The notes below the pieces were generated by a model. That model did not search any database. It was not told where the DNA came from and saw nothing but the letters and a program-made list of their open reading frames with translations. The translations under genes were made by a program, and so were the position numbers. This document shows positions 47,053 through 57,929 of a stretch of 59,574 nt of DNA, piece by piece (within the stretch, counting starts at the first letter, position 1; the number at the start of each line of letters is the position of its first letter). Source of the stretch: Microcystaceae cyanobacterium (GTDB lineage Bacteria > Cyanobacteriota > Cyanobacteriia > Cyanobacteriales > Microcystaceae); NCBI GenBank assembly GCA_041746575.1, contig JBGTGT010000099.1, positions 1 to 59,574 of the forward strand. Direction: 5' to 3'.

Positions 47053-49287
47053 TCAAAAATCTCTAACATTTCTTTCTTGATAGGTGACAAATCTGTGGCG
47101 AGGTGTCCATTGTATTATTCCATCAGTTTCTAAGGAATACAAATCGAGCTTATGTTTTTTGAAAAAAGCGCGACGATTGTCGGAAACGGGATATGATAAA
47201 GCGATCGCTATTTGAGACGTAAGCTGTTTTAAGTCAGATAAATCTAATTTTTCTCCTGACCATAAGAGAACATTGGAAGAGGAAGATAGATTAAAAGATA
47301 CATTATTAGGAAGATGATTCTCAAGTAACCAAATCCATGTTTGATTATAAAGTTTAATCTGTAGAATTAGGGGAGATTGATGAATTAATTGCAGTTGAAG
47401 GGAACCTATCCTGATCCTTTTATTCAAAGGCAGTGGCACTAAATTTGTTGTAACTTGATTGGAATTTTTTATAAAATTCTTAATAGAAATTGTCTCGTTT
47501 GATTTTAAACAACTAGGATAATAATAAGGAAATTTATCTATTCTCATTACGCAATCTATCTGATTAATGCCTTGTTGCAGAATGAAGGGAAGAAGGGTAT
47601 ATTTTTGGGTTTTGCGATCGCCATAATTCAGTAAAATTACTTTTCCTCTATCTTGAATGACTACCATTGGTTCTGAGGAACTAGGTAAAAGAGTAATTTG
47701 CACTAAAAATAAACGATTATAAAGCGGAATTATTAACATTAAAACCAAGATGAAGAGTCCTCCTAAAAACCACTTCTTACGCCACCAAGGATTTAATCCG
47801 ATTAAAATCATTACGCCATAAATGATGATCATAAATGATAAAGGAAGTTGACCAATGGCATAGTGACTAAGGGGTAAATTCGCTGTCCAAGTAACGAGGA
47901 TAATTAACCAATGGGTGGGATAGTAGAGAAGCCACGCGATCGCACTGCCGATTGGGGGTATAATTAATCCGAGTCCTGCACTAATCATGCCTCCTAAACT
48001 AATAACATAAACTAAAGGCGCAGTGATAATATTAGTAGGAATACTATAAACGATGAAAACACTAAAAACGTGTATTAATAAGGGCAGTGTCCAAACGGAA
48101 ACAGCTACCGGAATAGCAACAATATCGGCGATTTTTGGCGGTAAAAAATCAAAGTATTTTTGCAGAGATGGAGCAGTTACAATTAAGCTGAATGTTGCTA
48201 AAAAACTTAACTGAAAGCCAAGATCGAGAATCCAAAGAGGATTCCATAATAATAATAAGGTTGCCGTCAGAAGTAGTACGCTTAAAGAATTTGTTTTACG
48301 GTCGACGGTTTTGCCAATTAATACAGCAATTCCCATTAAAGCCGCTCGTAAAATACTAGGTTGTCCTCCCGTTAAACCAATGTACATAATTAAAATTAGG
48401 GTGCCAACAATGAATTGTTTTTGGGATGAATCATGGCGAGTGATTTGTAAAATAATTCCCAATAGTAAAGCAACATGAAACCCTGATGCCGCTAAGATAT
48501 GTGCCATGCCAACACCAATGAAAAGCTCTCGCAAATCAGACGGTAAATCTACGGCTTTTCTCCCTAACACTATTGAACTCATTAAAGAGGCTTCTCTCTC
48601 ATTAATCCATCTTTTTTGGGCGTTAACAATTCTTTGCCGCATCATCCACCAACCCCTATCTGGCTCCCCTTTACACTCGCTCTTTTCTCCTTTTAAACCG
48701 GCAAATACACCTTGATATTCTAAATATTGTTTAAAATCAAAGGAGGATAAATGACGAGGTGAAGAAGGTTTATATAATATTCCTCGGATGGTGATCTTTT
48801 GGTTGGGGCGAATTTTTTGAGCGCAAGATTGTGAAAGCGTAACATACAGCTTTCCTGTGACTTCTTTCTTAACTTTTAGCTCAGCGTTTTCAACCTCTTT
48901 TAGTTTTAACCAAAACTGTATTTTCTGATTCGCTGTTTCTCGTTCTGGGCTTAAGGTTTTTCCGGTAACGATAACGGTTTGAATTGACTGCTTGTCAGTT
49001 AAAATTCGACTAATATCGCTAGAGCTAGGACGGGGAAGACGAACTTGTAAATAAATGACTGAGAATAAAGCAACAAGCCCCATGATTAACCAGAATTTTT
49101 CCCTTGGCAGACGATAAAAAAAGCGAGGAAGAATTAGGGATAAACCGACCGTTAGAATGGTAAGAGTTAGACTTAATCTTAACCATTGTTGCCATGAGAC
49201 TTGAGAGGTTGGAAAACCAAATAAGGTGGCTAATAATAATCCACTAATATAACTGAAACAGACAATAATCCAACCTTGTCTTGTCAT
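47053..49287 (-). CDS. comEC: ComEC/Rec2 DNA uptake channel
   Basis: HILAASGFHV, PSILRA and GFQLSFLAT motifs; degenerate C-terminal MBL-like domain. Confidence 0.92.
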   Translation of the reverse strand: MTRQGWIIVCFSYISGLLLATLFGFPTSQVSWQQWLRLSLTLTILTVGLSLILPRFFYRLPREKFWLIMGLVALFSVIYLQVRLPRPSSSDISRILTDKQSIQTVIVTGKTLSPERETANQKIQFWLKLKEVENAELKVKKEVTGKLYVTLSQSCAQKIRPNQKITIRGILYKPSSPRHLSSFDFKQYLEYQGVFAGLKGEKSECKGEPDRGWWMMRQRIVNAQKRWINEREASLMSSIVLGRKAVDLPSDLRELFIGVGMAHILAASGFHVALLLGIILQITRHDSSQKQFIVGTLILIMYIGLTGGQPSILRAALMGIAVLIGKTVDRKTNSLSVLLLTATLLLLWNPLWILDLGFQLSFLATFSLIVTAPSLQKYFDFLPPKIADIVAIPVAVSVWTLPLLIHVFSVFIVYSIPTNIITAPLVYVISLGGMISAGLGLIIPPIGSAIAWLLYYPTHWLIILVTWTANLPLSHYAIGQLPLSFMIIIYGVMILIGLNPWWRKKWFLGGLFILVLMLIIPLYNRLFLVQITLLPSSSEPMVVIQDRGKVILLNYGDRKTQKYTLLPFILQQGINQIDCVMRIDKFPYYYPSCLKSNETISIKNFIKNSNQVTTNLVPLPLNKRIRIGSLQLQLIHQSPLILQIKLYNQTWIWLLENHLPNNVSFNLSSSSNVLLWSGEKLDLSDLKQLTSQIAIALSYPVSDNRRAFFKKHKLDLYSLETDGIIQWTPRHRFVTYQERNVRDF

Positions 49288-49447
49288 GAATGCCGATTAA
49301 TTTTTGTAAAAAAAAGGTGGAATTATCGCACCAAACCAGAAAATATTTAACGCCTTAAATTATGAATTTCTTACTGACCGTAAGGTTTTCCTTTTTTCTT
49401 CCCTGTTTAGCAATAACCCACCCTTATTTCATTATAGGGTCTTGTAT

Positions 49448-49897
49448 TTATTCATATAACCACGATGTCATGGTCGGTTGCCAACTGGCTAATTCTGCTT
49501 CAGTAAACCATAATTTAATCTCCTGCTGGGCGGTTTCTGCACCATCTGAACCGTGAATTAGATTCCGTCCGACGTTTACACCAAAATCTCCCCGAATTGT
49601 ACCGGGTTCTGCCTCTAATGGTTTAGTTGCTCCGATAATCTTCCGTGCAGAAGCAATCACGCCTTCTCCTTCCCATACCATTGCAACGACGGGAGATGAA
49701 CAAATAAACTCAACTAAACCCGCAAAAAAGGGTCTTTCTTTGTGAACAGCATAATGCTCTTCTGCTAAGGATTTAGGGACGTTAAGTAGTTTTAATCCCA
49801 CTAATTTAAACCCTTTTGTTTCAAAACGGCGAATAATTTCACCGACTAATCCCCGTTGAACTCCATCGGGTTTGACCATAATAAAAGTGCGTTCCAC
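49448..49897 (-). CDS. ndk: Nucleoside diphosphate kinase
   Basis: [16 protein letters not shown] and NLIHGSD motifs. Confidence 0.98.
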   Translation of the reverse strand: MERTFIMVKPDGVQRGLVGEIIRRFETKGFKLVGLKLLNVPKSLAEEHYAVHKERPFFAGLVEFICSSPVVAMVWEGEGVIASARKIIGATKPLEAEPGTIRGDFGVNVGRNLIHGSDGAETAQQEIKLWFTEAELASWQPTMTSWLYE

Positions 49898-49991
49898 AGT
49901 AATTCAGTCTCCTTAACGGTGTAATGACCTATCAAACAGATTACCGTATCTTGGCTTAAGCTGACACGCTTTTAAACTACGTTTGAGAAGA

Positions 49992-50019
49992 GGCAGAAGA
50001 CAGAGGGCAGAAGACAGAA
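49992..50019. repeat. Short heptamer tandem repeat (STRR-like)
   Basis: GGCAGAA-GACAGAG-GGCAGAA-GACAGAA; related heptamers near 5807 and 13455-13510. Confidence 0.55.
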
Positions 50020-50162
50020 GGAAATGACCAACAATGACGAATAGAGAGCAAAAATGAATGACAATTGTAACGGTTTTAATTTTATTTACATTCATTTACA
50101 TTCACGGACTTAGCAATAATGATAAGCTAAAACTTGGCTTAATAATACAACGATTGGGAACT

Positions 50163-51218
50163 ATGACAGATCAGCCTTATCTACTACGCGCTGCTAAAGG
50201 TGAAATTTTAGACCGTCCTCCGGTATGGATGATGCGGCAAGCAGGACGTTATATGCAAGTTTATCGAGATTTACGGGATAAATACCCTAATTTTCGGGAA
50301 AGATCAGAAAATGCAGACCTAGCAATTGAAATTTCTCTGCAACCTTGGCGCGCTTTTCAACCGGATGGGGTGATCATGTTCTCGGATATCTTAACGCCAT
50401 TGCCGGGTATTGGCATCCCCTTTGATATTATTGAAAGTAAAGGTCCTATCATTGATCCTCCGATTCGTACGCTCAAGCAAATCGAAAATCTGCATCCTTT
50501 CGACCCAGAAGCGACCTTACCCTTTATTAAAACGATTTTATCCACTTTGCGCCAAGAAGTCGGCAATCAATCTACTGTTCTCGGTTTTGTAGGCGCACCT
50601 TGGACTTTAGCGGCTTATGCAGTTGAGGGAAAAAGCTCGAAGACGTATTCTGTTATTAAAGGCATGGCTTTTTCTGAACCTGCAATTTTACACCAATTTT
50701 TGAGTAAATTGGCGGATATGGTAGCGATTTACGTGCGTTATCAGATTGATTGTGGGGCGCAAGTCGTACAAATGTTTGATTCTTGGGCAGGTGAATTGAG
50801 TCCCCAAGATTATGACACTTTTGCTTTACCTTATCAACAGCAGGTGGTTCGTCAAGTGAAGCAAACTCACCCTGATACGCCTTTAATTCTCTATATTAGC
50901 GGCAGTGCGGGTATTTTGGAACGTATGGGGCAATCGGGTGTCGATATCGTTAGCGTTGATTGGACAGTGGATATGAAGGATGCCAGACAACGCTTAGGTA
51001 AAGGCATGAAGGTTCAAGGTAATTTGGATCCCGGTGTTCTCTTTGGGACTCATGATATCATCCGCGATCGCATTTTAGACACCATTCGCAAGGCAGGTCA
51101 TGGTGGCCATATTCTAAACTTAGGTCATGGGGTGTTAGTCGGTACACCGGAAGATAATGTCCGATTTTTCTTTGAAACGGCGAAACAAGCAGATAAATTG
51201 CTTCAAGCCATTGTTTAA
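50163..51218 (+). CDS. hemE: Uroporphyrinogen decarboxylase
   Basis: [29 protein letters not shown] and NLGHG motifs. Confidence 0.97.
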   Translation: MTDQPYLLRAAKGEILDRPPVWMMRQAGRYMQVYRDLRDKYPNFRERSENADLAIEISLQPWRAFQPDGVIMFSDILTPLPGIGIPFDIIESKGPIIDPPIRTLKQIENLHPFDPEATLPFIKTILSTLRQEVGNQSTVLGFVGAPWTLAAYAVEGKSSKTYSVIKGMAFSEPAILHQFLSKLADMVAIYVRYQIDCGAQVVQMFDSWAGELSPQDYDTFALPYQQQVVRQVKQTHPDTPLILYISGSAGILERMGQSGVDIVSVDWTVDMKDARQRLGKGMKVQGNLDPGVLFGTHDIIRDRILDTIRKAGHGGHILNLGHGVLVGTPEDNVRFFFETAKQADKLLQAIV

Positions 51219-51236
51219 TTCTTATCTGGCCTAATT

Positions 51237-51270
51237 ATCCCTCTTTTACCAGTTAGAAGGGGGATTTTTT
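51237..51270 (+). terminator. Rho-independent terminator after hemE
   Basis: ATCCCTCTTTTA...TAGAAGGGGGAT followed by a T-tract. Confidence 0.6.
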
Positions 51271-51433
51271 AAGGTGAAAATGAGATCGTCGTTGGCGATA
51301 GTTGAAATGGCGAACTTTAATAGGCACTTTTCATAAACCTTCTTCAGTCTCTCCTTTCCCATTGACAATTCTTAAAGAAATTCGCTATCTTATACATAGT
51401 CATTATGAGTTCAACTTAAGAGGCCTTATCACA

Positions 51434-51976
51434 ATGGTTAAGATTGTTGGTATCAATGGCAGTTTACGTCCCCAATCCTATAGCGCACAAGCGTTAGAAT
51501 TAGCAATGACGAGAGTAAAAGCATTAGGGGCAGAAACTGAAATTTTAGACTTAAGAACGCTTAATTTGCCTTTTTGCGATGGAGGAGATGATTATTCCGA
51601 TTATCCTGATGTAGAAGTGCTACAAACGACGGTTAAAAATGCCAATGGACTCATTTTAGCAACGCCTGAATATCACGGTAGTGCAAGTGGTGTCATCAAG
51701 AATGCGCTGGATTTAATGAGTTTTGAGCATTTAGCCGGAAAAGTTGTGGGCTTAATTAGTGTTTTGGGGGGACAACCCAATAGTAACGCCCTAAATAATC
51801 TTAGAATTATTATACGGTGGGTACACGGTTGGGTAATTCCCGAACAAATTGCCGTAGGACAAGCTTGGAAATCGTTCAACGATGAAGGAAAGTTATTAGA
51901 TGAAAAACTCTCTCAACGCTTTGATCAATTTGCTCAAAGTTTAGTCGAAAATACAGAGAAGTTAAACGGTCATTGA
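51434..51976 (+). CDS. NADPH-dependent FMN reductase
   Basis: GSLRPQSYS and TPEYHGS...KNALD motifs. Confidence 0.92.
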   Translation: MVKIVGINGSLRPQSYSAQALELAMTRVKALGAETEILDLRTLNLPFCDGGDDYSDYPDVEVLQTTVKNANGLILATPEYHGSASGVIKNALDLMSFEHLAGKVVGLISVLGGQPNSNALNNLRIIIRWVHGWVIPEQIAVGQAWKSFNDEGKLLDEKLSQRFDQFAQSLVENTEKLNGH

Positions 51977-52138
51977 TGTCAGTATAAAATCAAGGAATAG
52001 TCAATGGTAAAAAGGCATCAGGTGCGAGGCTGGAGTACGGCGTTTGAATAAATTTAATCTCCTTAATACTTAAATACCTAAAGCTGAAAACGCCTAGAAC
52101 CTAACCTCTTTCCTTTCGTAACTGAACCTTCTAAGAAA

Positions 52139-53362
52139 TTAAGTTGCCAACTTATTTTTGACCATAGTTTGAACTTTTTTACCATCGACTTTTCCTTTCA
52201 ACTCTTTCATAGCCTGTCCCATCACTTTACCCATATCTTTAGCACTTGTTGCTCCCATTTCGACGACGATTTTATCTAAAATGGTGTCAATTTCATTGTC
52301 AGATAATTGTTTAGGGAGATAAGTTTCAATAATAGCTAATTCCTGTGTTTCTTTGTCTGCTAAGTCTTCTCTTTTACCCTTTTGATATTGTTCAATAGAA
52401 TCTCGACGCTGTTTTGCTTGTTGAGAGAGCAAGTCAATTTCTTGTTCTGGAGTTAGGATATCTTGTCCATTAGGACGAAGAGAAATTTCTTTTTCTAAGA
52501 TCGCTTTTTTGATAGAACGAACTGTTTCAAGTCGAATTTTATCCCTTGCTTTCATCGCCGTTTTAATGTCTTCATTGATACGCTCTTTGAGAGATTGAGG
52601 AATAGTGTCTTCTGATGATATTTGACTAGATGGATCTTCTTCTTCAATTTCTGCTACTGTTTCAGCAACCGATACATCCTCTTCTTCTTCAATTTCTGCT
52701 ACTGTTTCAGCAACCGATACATCCTCTTCTTCTTCAATTTCTGCTACTGTTTCAGCAACCGATACATCCTCTTCTTCTTCAATTTCTGCTACTGTTTCAG
52801 CAACTGATTCACCCTCTTCTTCTTCAATTTCTGCTACTGTTTCAGCAACCGACACATCCTCTTCTTCTTCTTCAATTTCTGTCACCATTTCAGCAACTGA
52901 TTCACCCTCTTCTTCTTCTTCTAATTCTGTCACCATTTCAGCAACAGGTTTAGTAACTTTTCCGGTTTTTCGCATTGGAGATTGTTCAGGAGTCTTTGTT
53001 TTTTCTACACTACGTGAAGTTGATTCATGCTTTTCCAAAACAGAGGAGGTTTTACTTTCTTTTTTTGCAATTAAGGGTGTTTCTAAAACCTCAATTTCTT
53101 GAAACTGAAGAGATACTTGATGAATAATTCCTCTATCCAATTGTTTTTTTTCTTGTTGTTGGGATAAATTTGCAATCGCTGTGCCAATTTGTTCGCCATA
53201 AGCAATTACAGTTTCAGGTGTCTTGAAGGGATGTTTTGCCAGTCTTCGGATGAGTAAACTTAATTCTTTGTTGCCTCTACGGGTTGATTGAGTTACCCCT
53301 TTCTCAAAAACCGTCTTTTTAATGGTTTTACTCAGTTGCTGTTCAATTTGTTTACCATTCAT
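52139..53362 (-). CDS. YqeY/GatB-domain protein with unknown N-terminal domain and acidic repeat linker
   Basis: C-terminal SLKERINEDIKTAMKARDK...YLPKQLS...DMGKVMG YqeY domain; GAGGA RBS before ATG 53362. Confidence 0.85.
   Translation of the reverse strand: MNGKQIEQQLSKTIKKTVFEKGVTQSTRRGNKELSLLIRRLAKHPFKTPETVIAYGEQIGTAIANLSQQQEKKQLDRGIIHQVSLQFQEIEVLETPLIAKKESKTSSVLEKHESTSRSVEKTKTPEQSPMRKTGKVTKPVAEMVTELEEEEEGESVAEMVTEIEEEEEDVSVAETVAEIEEEEGESVAETVAEIEEEEDVSVAETVAEIEEEEDVSVAETVAEIEEEEDVSVAETVAEIEEEDPSSQISSEDTIPQSLKERINEDIKTAMKARDKIRLETVRSIKKAILEKEISLRPNGQDILTPEQEIDLLSQQAKQRRDSIEQYQKGKREDLADKETQELAIIETYLPKQLSDNEIDTILDKIVVEMGATSAKDMGKVMGQAMKELKGKVDGKKVQTMVKNKLAT
52636..52945. repeat. Coding tandem repeat, about 7 x 45-48 bp
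   Basis: Three identical 45-bp units (52636-52770) plus diverged units encoding DVSVAETVAEIEEEE. Confidence 0.95.
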
Positions 53363-53703
53363 GACATTAATTCCTCGTCCAAGCATTACGTTATTTTATA
53401 AGTATTAACAATGTAAAAGATTTCTTTTATAAATTCAATGTTGAAAGTATGCCATTATACCATTCTGGGTAAAAAATCCCGATTTTATCGGTTTAAGCAC
53501 AGAAAAAGTAGAGCATTTTAATCTAAAGTGGATAGAAATAAGCTGTCGTGCCTTCAAGCGGGCGATTTAGTTTTCAATTTTTCCACTGTATCAACAATAA
53601 ATAAAGCAAAGCGATAGTTATCATTCCCTAAAAAGGGTACTGATATTCGTAGCAAATGGGTGAAAGTTTTTTCAAGAAAGACAAGCCCTCAAGTCTTCGT
53701 GGT

Positions 53704-54204
53704 TTAACAACAATTTACCCATGTACTTTCGATGCTCTCTTGACCTTGTTCGTCATAACTCACAAAAAATTCCTTCTTCCAAATGGGAGCATTATGCTTT
53801 AACGTATCAATCGCATAACAACACGCTTCAAACGCTTCCGTCCGATGGGGACATCCCACTGCTACCAAAACACTAATTTCGCCGATTTGTAATGTTCCCA
53901 CTCGGTGATGAATAATCACTCGATTAGTATCTGTCCACTTTTGTCGAATTTGATGAGCAATTTGCTGAAAAACGGTTAACGCCATCGCGTCGTAACTTTG
54001 ATACTCCAAATATTTAACTGCCTTACCATCGGTTTGCTGTCGCACTGTACCGCTCATGACAATAATCGCCCCGTTGGCTGGATCATCCGCTAACTGATAT
54101 ACTTCCTCTAGCGATAAAGGGGCAAATTGAATCGCAAAATGGTCTTGGGGATAAGTTTCAACCCTTTTTGGTAAAGCGGTGACATCAAAGTTAAGCATAA
54201 TCAA
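53704..54204 (-). CDS. moaE: Molybdopterin synthase catalytic subunit
   Basis: GAIIVMSGTVR, HRVGTL, HRTEAF and APIWKKE motifs. Confidence 0.93.
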   Translation of the reverse strand: MIMLNFDVTALPKRVETYPQDHFAIQFAPLSLEEVYQLADDPANGAIIVMSGTVRQQTDGKAVKYLEYQSYDAMALTVFQQIAHQIRQKWTDTNRVIIHHRVGTLQIGEISVLVAVGCPHRTEAFEACCYAIDTLKHNAPIWKKEFFVSYDEQGQESIESTWVNCC

Positions 54205-54212
54205 TCATTTTC

Positions 54213-54872
54213 TCACTTTCGTCGAGAAGTAGCGATCGCCGCCACCCCTAACCATTGTAAATGATGCTGTCGCAAAACCTTGACCCCTTCTTTGACCGTT
54301 GTCCCCGTGGTATAGATATCATCTATTAAAAGAATGGGTGAGTGAGTTCGATTTTTTAGCAAATCTTGACCCAATCTGAAAGTATCAGCCATATTTTTCT
54401 GTCTTTCTTCTGGACTCAACTCAAATAACTTCACTGTATCTCGAATGCGCCTTAATCCCTGTGGCAATAAAGGATAACGGGTAACGCGACAAAAACCCCG
54501 TGCTATCACTTCTGCTTGATTAAATCCTCGTTCTTGTAATCTTTTCGGATGTAAAGGAATCGGAATAACGGTATAGTTATCTTCTGAGGAAACAACTTTC
54601 GATTTTAACCAAGTTTCTCCTAACCAAATTCCTAATTCTTCTCCTAGTTGAGGATGATTTTCGTATTTTAAAGTGGTTATGGCTTGTTTAAGTTGTCCTT
54701 CGTAGTTTCCCCAAACCAATAAAGGAATTTCCCCTGACCAAAATTGCCTTGAATTTGACCTTTTATGCTGATTTAATTGATGTTGACAATCCTCACATAA
54801 AATTCTTGGAGAATTGCGATCGCATAAGGGACAATGAGATTGTAAAAAAATTCCTAAAATCTCTTTTAACAT
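54213..54872 (-). CDS. comF: ComF family phosphoribosyltransferase-like competence protein
   Basis: CPLC...C zinc finger, IPIPLH, RGFNQA and IDDIYTTGTT motifs. Confidence 0.9.
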   Translation of the reverse strand: MLKEILGIFLQSHCPLCDRNSPRILCEDCQHQLNQHKRSNSRQFWSGEIPLLVWGNYEGQLKQAITTLKYENHPQLGEELGIWLGETWLKSKVVSSEDNYTVIPIPLHPKRLQERGFNQAEVIARGFCRVTRYPLLPQGLRRIRDTVKLFELSPEERQKNMADTFRLGQDLLKNRTHSPILLIDDIYTTGTTVKEGVKVLRQHHLQWLGVAAIATSRRK

Positions 54873-54888
54873 AAGTCATTCTTTCATG

Positions 54889-54910
54889 AAAAAACCCGGA
54901 TAAACCGGGC
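54889..54910 (-). terminator. Rho-independent terminator
   Basis: Minus strand CCCGG-TTTAT-CCGGG followed by TTTTTT. Confidence 0.65.
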
Positions 54911-54941
54911 TGCACAAATTGAAACAGATCTTGTTATATAA

Positions 54942-55316
54942 TTAACGAGTTAAATTACAGGTTAAAGGACAAGCCGCATAAATGGAAGTCGAAGGCGGTG
55001 TTCCTTCCCCGTGCAGCCAACGTAACCAATGAACATCTTGGGGATGAATCCCTTTTAACGCTAAAATCGCCGCACCCACGATAATCATTAATAAATTAAG
55101 CCCTAATATACTGCCTGCTACTAAGAGAACTGCACTCATCGGTAAAACGGATTGTAAAATAATCGCGGCTAATGCCCCGACGGTTGCCATAATCACCACA
55201 ATAGGGAAGCCGACTACTAATAAACAGACAGTTAATGTAAAACTCCAGACTAAAAAACTCTTAACAACAGTTAACGAATAAAATTTTCCTATCTCTGAGC
55301 GATGTGCTAATTCCAT
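54942..55316 (-). CDS. Small cyanobacterial membrane protein
   Basis: Long hydrophobic core, C-terminal YAACPLTC, AGGAG RBS and its own terminator. Confidence 0.75.
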   Translation of the reverse strand: MELAHRSEIGKFYSLTVVKSFLVWSFTLTVCLLVVGFPIVVIMATVGALAAIILQSVLPMSAVLLVAGSILGLNLLMIIVGAAILALKGIHPQDVHWLRWLHGEGTPPSTSIYAACPLTCNLTR

Positions 55317-55591
55317 TTTTAAATTCTCCTAAAGCAAACCAGTAATGTTCTCACAACCGAATCAGTTGTGTTTATACAGTATAGAGAAATCCCTTATAAA
55401 AATGAGTAAATTGATAAGAAACTTTACATTTATTCAGCATCAATTATGTTAAGTTATTTGAACTTTAAGATTTTAACTCGTTGGGCTGATTAAGCCACTC
55501 TCTTCATAAGAATAACGAATGCGGCCAAATCTTCATCGTCTAAGCTGATCCCTCCCAAGATAGAGATCCATTATCTGTGACATTCGGTTTC

Positions 55592-55605
55592 GTAGTTTTA
55601 ACTAC
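55592..55605. promoter_or_regulatory. NtcA-like box in divergent intergenic region
   Basis: GTAGTTTTAACTAC, perfect GTA-N8-TAC and near-palindromic. Confidence 0.55.
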
Positions 55606-55807
55606 CGTTTGTTTCCCTTTACAGTTTGTTACAAAGTTCTCTCATTTTTTCAGAAATGAAAGCTACATCAAGAAAACCTAAGAGAAACGTTGCCATCCCG
55701 AAATCCGTCTTAATCGCTTTCTGAATGGATCATCTTGAACATCGGTGCTGAATTTTTGGGAAGACTAACACTAAACCGAGTCCGCTCAATTGCATTACAG
55801 AAACATC

Positions 55808-57127
55808 ATGACTGATTCCTCTAGACCCTCTCGTCCCGACTTTGAAATTCCCGACATTGAAGATCCCCAAACCAACTTCAGTTTCACTGCCCCTCCGCTA
55901 ACCCAACCTAAAACAGGTGGAGGCGCATCAGAAACGCTGGCTTTGTCATCTTCTCCCACCACAACACGACAAGAAAGACCCCTATCGCAAACCTTTGCCC
56001 GTCCTGCCCCTCCTCCTCCCCCCATGCCTACATCTCCTCCGCCTCGTCGTATGGGACGGTCTCCTGGGCATCCTAGCTTAGAGGAACTCATTAAAATTGC
56101 TTTTGATGAAGGATTTTCGGATGTTCATGTGGGTATCGGGGAAGTGCCTCGCATGAGAGATCGAGGAGAAATGCTCATCTTAGATTATCCTGAAACAGAT
56201 GAGAATACTTTTATGAGTTGGTTGAGAGAAATTCTCAAAGAAGACGAAATTCAACGATTTAAAAAAGAATTAGAATTTGATGGGGCAACCCAATATGATT
56301 TTGCCCGCGTCAGAATTAATGTATTTGACACCTTACGGGGTCATGCCATGGTTTTGCGACTCATTCCCCTCAAAATTCTAACCATGGAGCAGTTACGCTT
56401 ACCGATGATTTTCCGCGATATCTCCGATTCCCATAAAGGGTTAATCCTCGTCACCGGACCAACAGGTTCAGGAAAATCCACCACGATGGCCGCCATGGTC
56501 GATTACATCAATAAAGAACACGCTAAACATATTATTACTATTGAAGATCCTGTGGAATTTGTGCATCAAAGTCGACGCTCGCTGATTAAACAACGGGAAG
56601 TCGGAATGCACACCTACAAATTTGATAACGCCCTCAAAGCCTCCCTAAGGGAAGATCCAGACATCATTCTGGTAGGGGAAATGCGGGATAAAGAAACCGT
56701 TAATACTGCTCTCAAAGCTGCCCAAACAGGTCACTTGGTAATGGGAACGCTTCATACGAATAGTGCGGTCAAAACCCTAGAACGGATCCTCAGCCTATAT
56801 AATGCCGAGGAACGGGAAGCAATGCGGGTGGCGATCGCTGAATCTCTTGTGTCGGTTATTTCTCAAGGATTGTGTCGTACAACCGACGGTAAACGAGCGG
56901 CCTATCACGACATCCTTGTCAATACAGAAACTGTCAAAGATTACATTATTCAAGGTAAAAACGACGAAATCTTGGAAATGATGAAGGACGGAGAATACGA
57001 TGGCATGATTACCACCAATCAATCCCTGTTTAGTCTCTACCAAGAAGGGCGGATTACCGAAGAAACGGCGATGGAATGTTCTCCGACGCCCAATGAATTA
57101 GCCATGATGTTACGAGGCAAAATTTAG
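55808..57127 (+). CDS. pilT: Type IV pilus retraction ATPase, PilT2-type with Pro-rich N-terminus
   Basis: GPTGSGKST, ITIEDPVE, LREDPDIILVGEMRD and GTLHT motifs. Confidence 0.92.
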   Translation: MTDSSRPSRPDFEIPDIEDPQTNFSFTAPPLTQPKTGGGASETLALSSSPTTTRQERPLSQTFARPAPPPPPMPTSPPPRRMGRSPGHPSLEELIKIAFDEGFSDVHVGIGEVPRMRDRGEMLILDYPETDENTFMSWLREILKEDEIQRFKKELEFDGATQYDFARVRINVFDTLRGHAMVLRLIPLKILTMEQLRLPMIFRDISDSHKGLILVTGPTGSGKSTTMAAMVDYINKEHAKHIITIEDPVEFVHQSRRSLIKQREVGMHTYKFDNALKASLREDPDIILVGEMRDKETVNTALKAAQTGHLVMGTLHTNSAVKTLERILSLYNAEEREAMRVAIAESLVSVISQGLCRTTDGKRAAYHDILVNTETVKDYIIQGKNDEILEMMKDGEYDGMITTNQSLFSLYQEGRITEETAMECSPTPNELAMMLRGKI

Positions 57128-57305
57128 TTCGGATTTGGCTTTTCTTTCTACGATATCTTGGCTTCTGATCAAGTCAATAAACTATCAGAACCGTTCAAAT
57201 GTGCCTCCTGACGGCCGAATTCTCTAGGTAATACCCTTTTTTAAACATTCTCAAGAAATTAGAAAAGGGTAGGGGATTTGGTATAATGCGGCTTATCAAT
57301 TCAGG

Positions 57306-57929
57306 ATGAGCATGATGGACCCTTCTTCTCTTTCCGGCGATCAATATCGTCAAAAAATGCAACGACGCAAAGATGTACAAGAACAACGGGTTACGGCGGC
57401 AAATCAAGAGAAAGGCTTAATTATTGTTCATACAGGCAACGGTAAAGGAAAAACGACTGCCGCCCTCGGAATGGTCATCCGTTCTTTAGGACACGGTTAC
57501 AAAGTGGCGATTATTCAGTTTATCAAAGGGGCGTGGGAGCCTGCGGAAAAGGCGATTTTCGGGCAATGGCCAGAGCAATTAGTCTTTTTAGCGATGGGAG
57601 AAGGTTTTACTTGGGAAACACAAGATAGAGACAGAGATATTGAAAAAGCTCAAGAAGCATGGCAAAAAGCCCTCGAATATCTTAAAAATTCAGATTTCAA
57701 ACTTATTTTACTCGATGAGATTAATGTCGCCTTAAAACTTGGTTATTTAGATATTCAGTCCGTTTTACAAGGATTAGACCAAAAACCGGTGGACTCCCAT
57801 GTGATTTTAACGGGACGAGGTGCGCCAGCCGAATTAATTGAAAAAGCGGATCTAGTAACGGAAATGACCCTTGTTAAGCACCCTTTTCGGGAACAAGGCG
57901 TTAAAGCTCAAGCAGGAATTGAATTTTAA
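57306..57929 (+). CDS. cobO: Cob(I)yrinic acid a,c-diamide adenosyltransferase
   Basis: GNGKGKTTAA, QFIKG, LDE, LTGR and KHPF motifs. Confidence 0.94.
   Translation: MSMMDPSSLSGDQYRQKMQRRKDVQEQRVTAANQEKGLIIVHTGNGKGKTTAALGMVIRSLGHGYKVAIIQFIKGAWEPAEKAIFGQWPEQLVFLAMGEGFTWETQDRDRDIEKAQEAWQKALEYLKNSDFKLILLDEINVALKLGYLDIQSVLQGLDQKPVDSHVILTGRGAPAELIEKADLVTEMTLVKHPFREQGVKAQAGIEF

Noticed and set aside
52636..52945. Regular repeats resembling a CRISPR array
   Set aside because: Units are head-to-tail without unique spacers, keep the reading frame of a protein, and no cas genes are present
52622..52953. Plus-strand repetitive ORFs (52622-52807, 52630-52953)
   Set aside because: Antisense shadows of the coding tandem repeat
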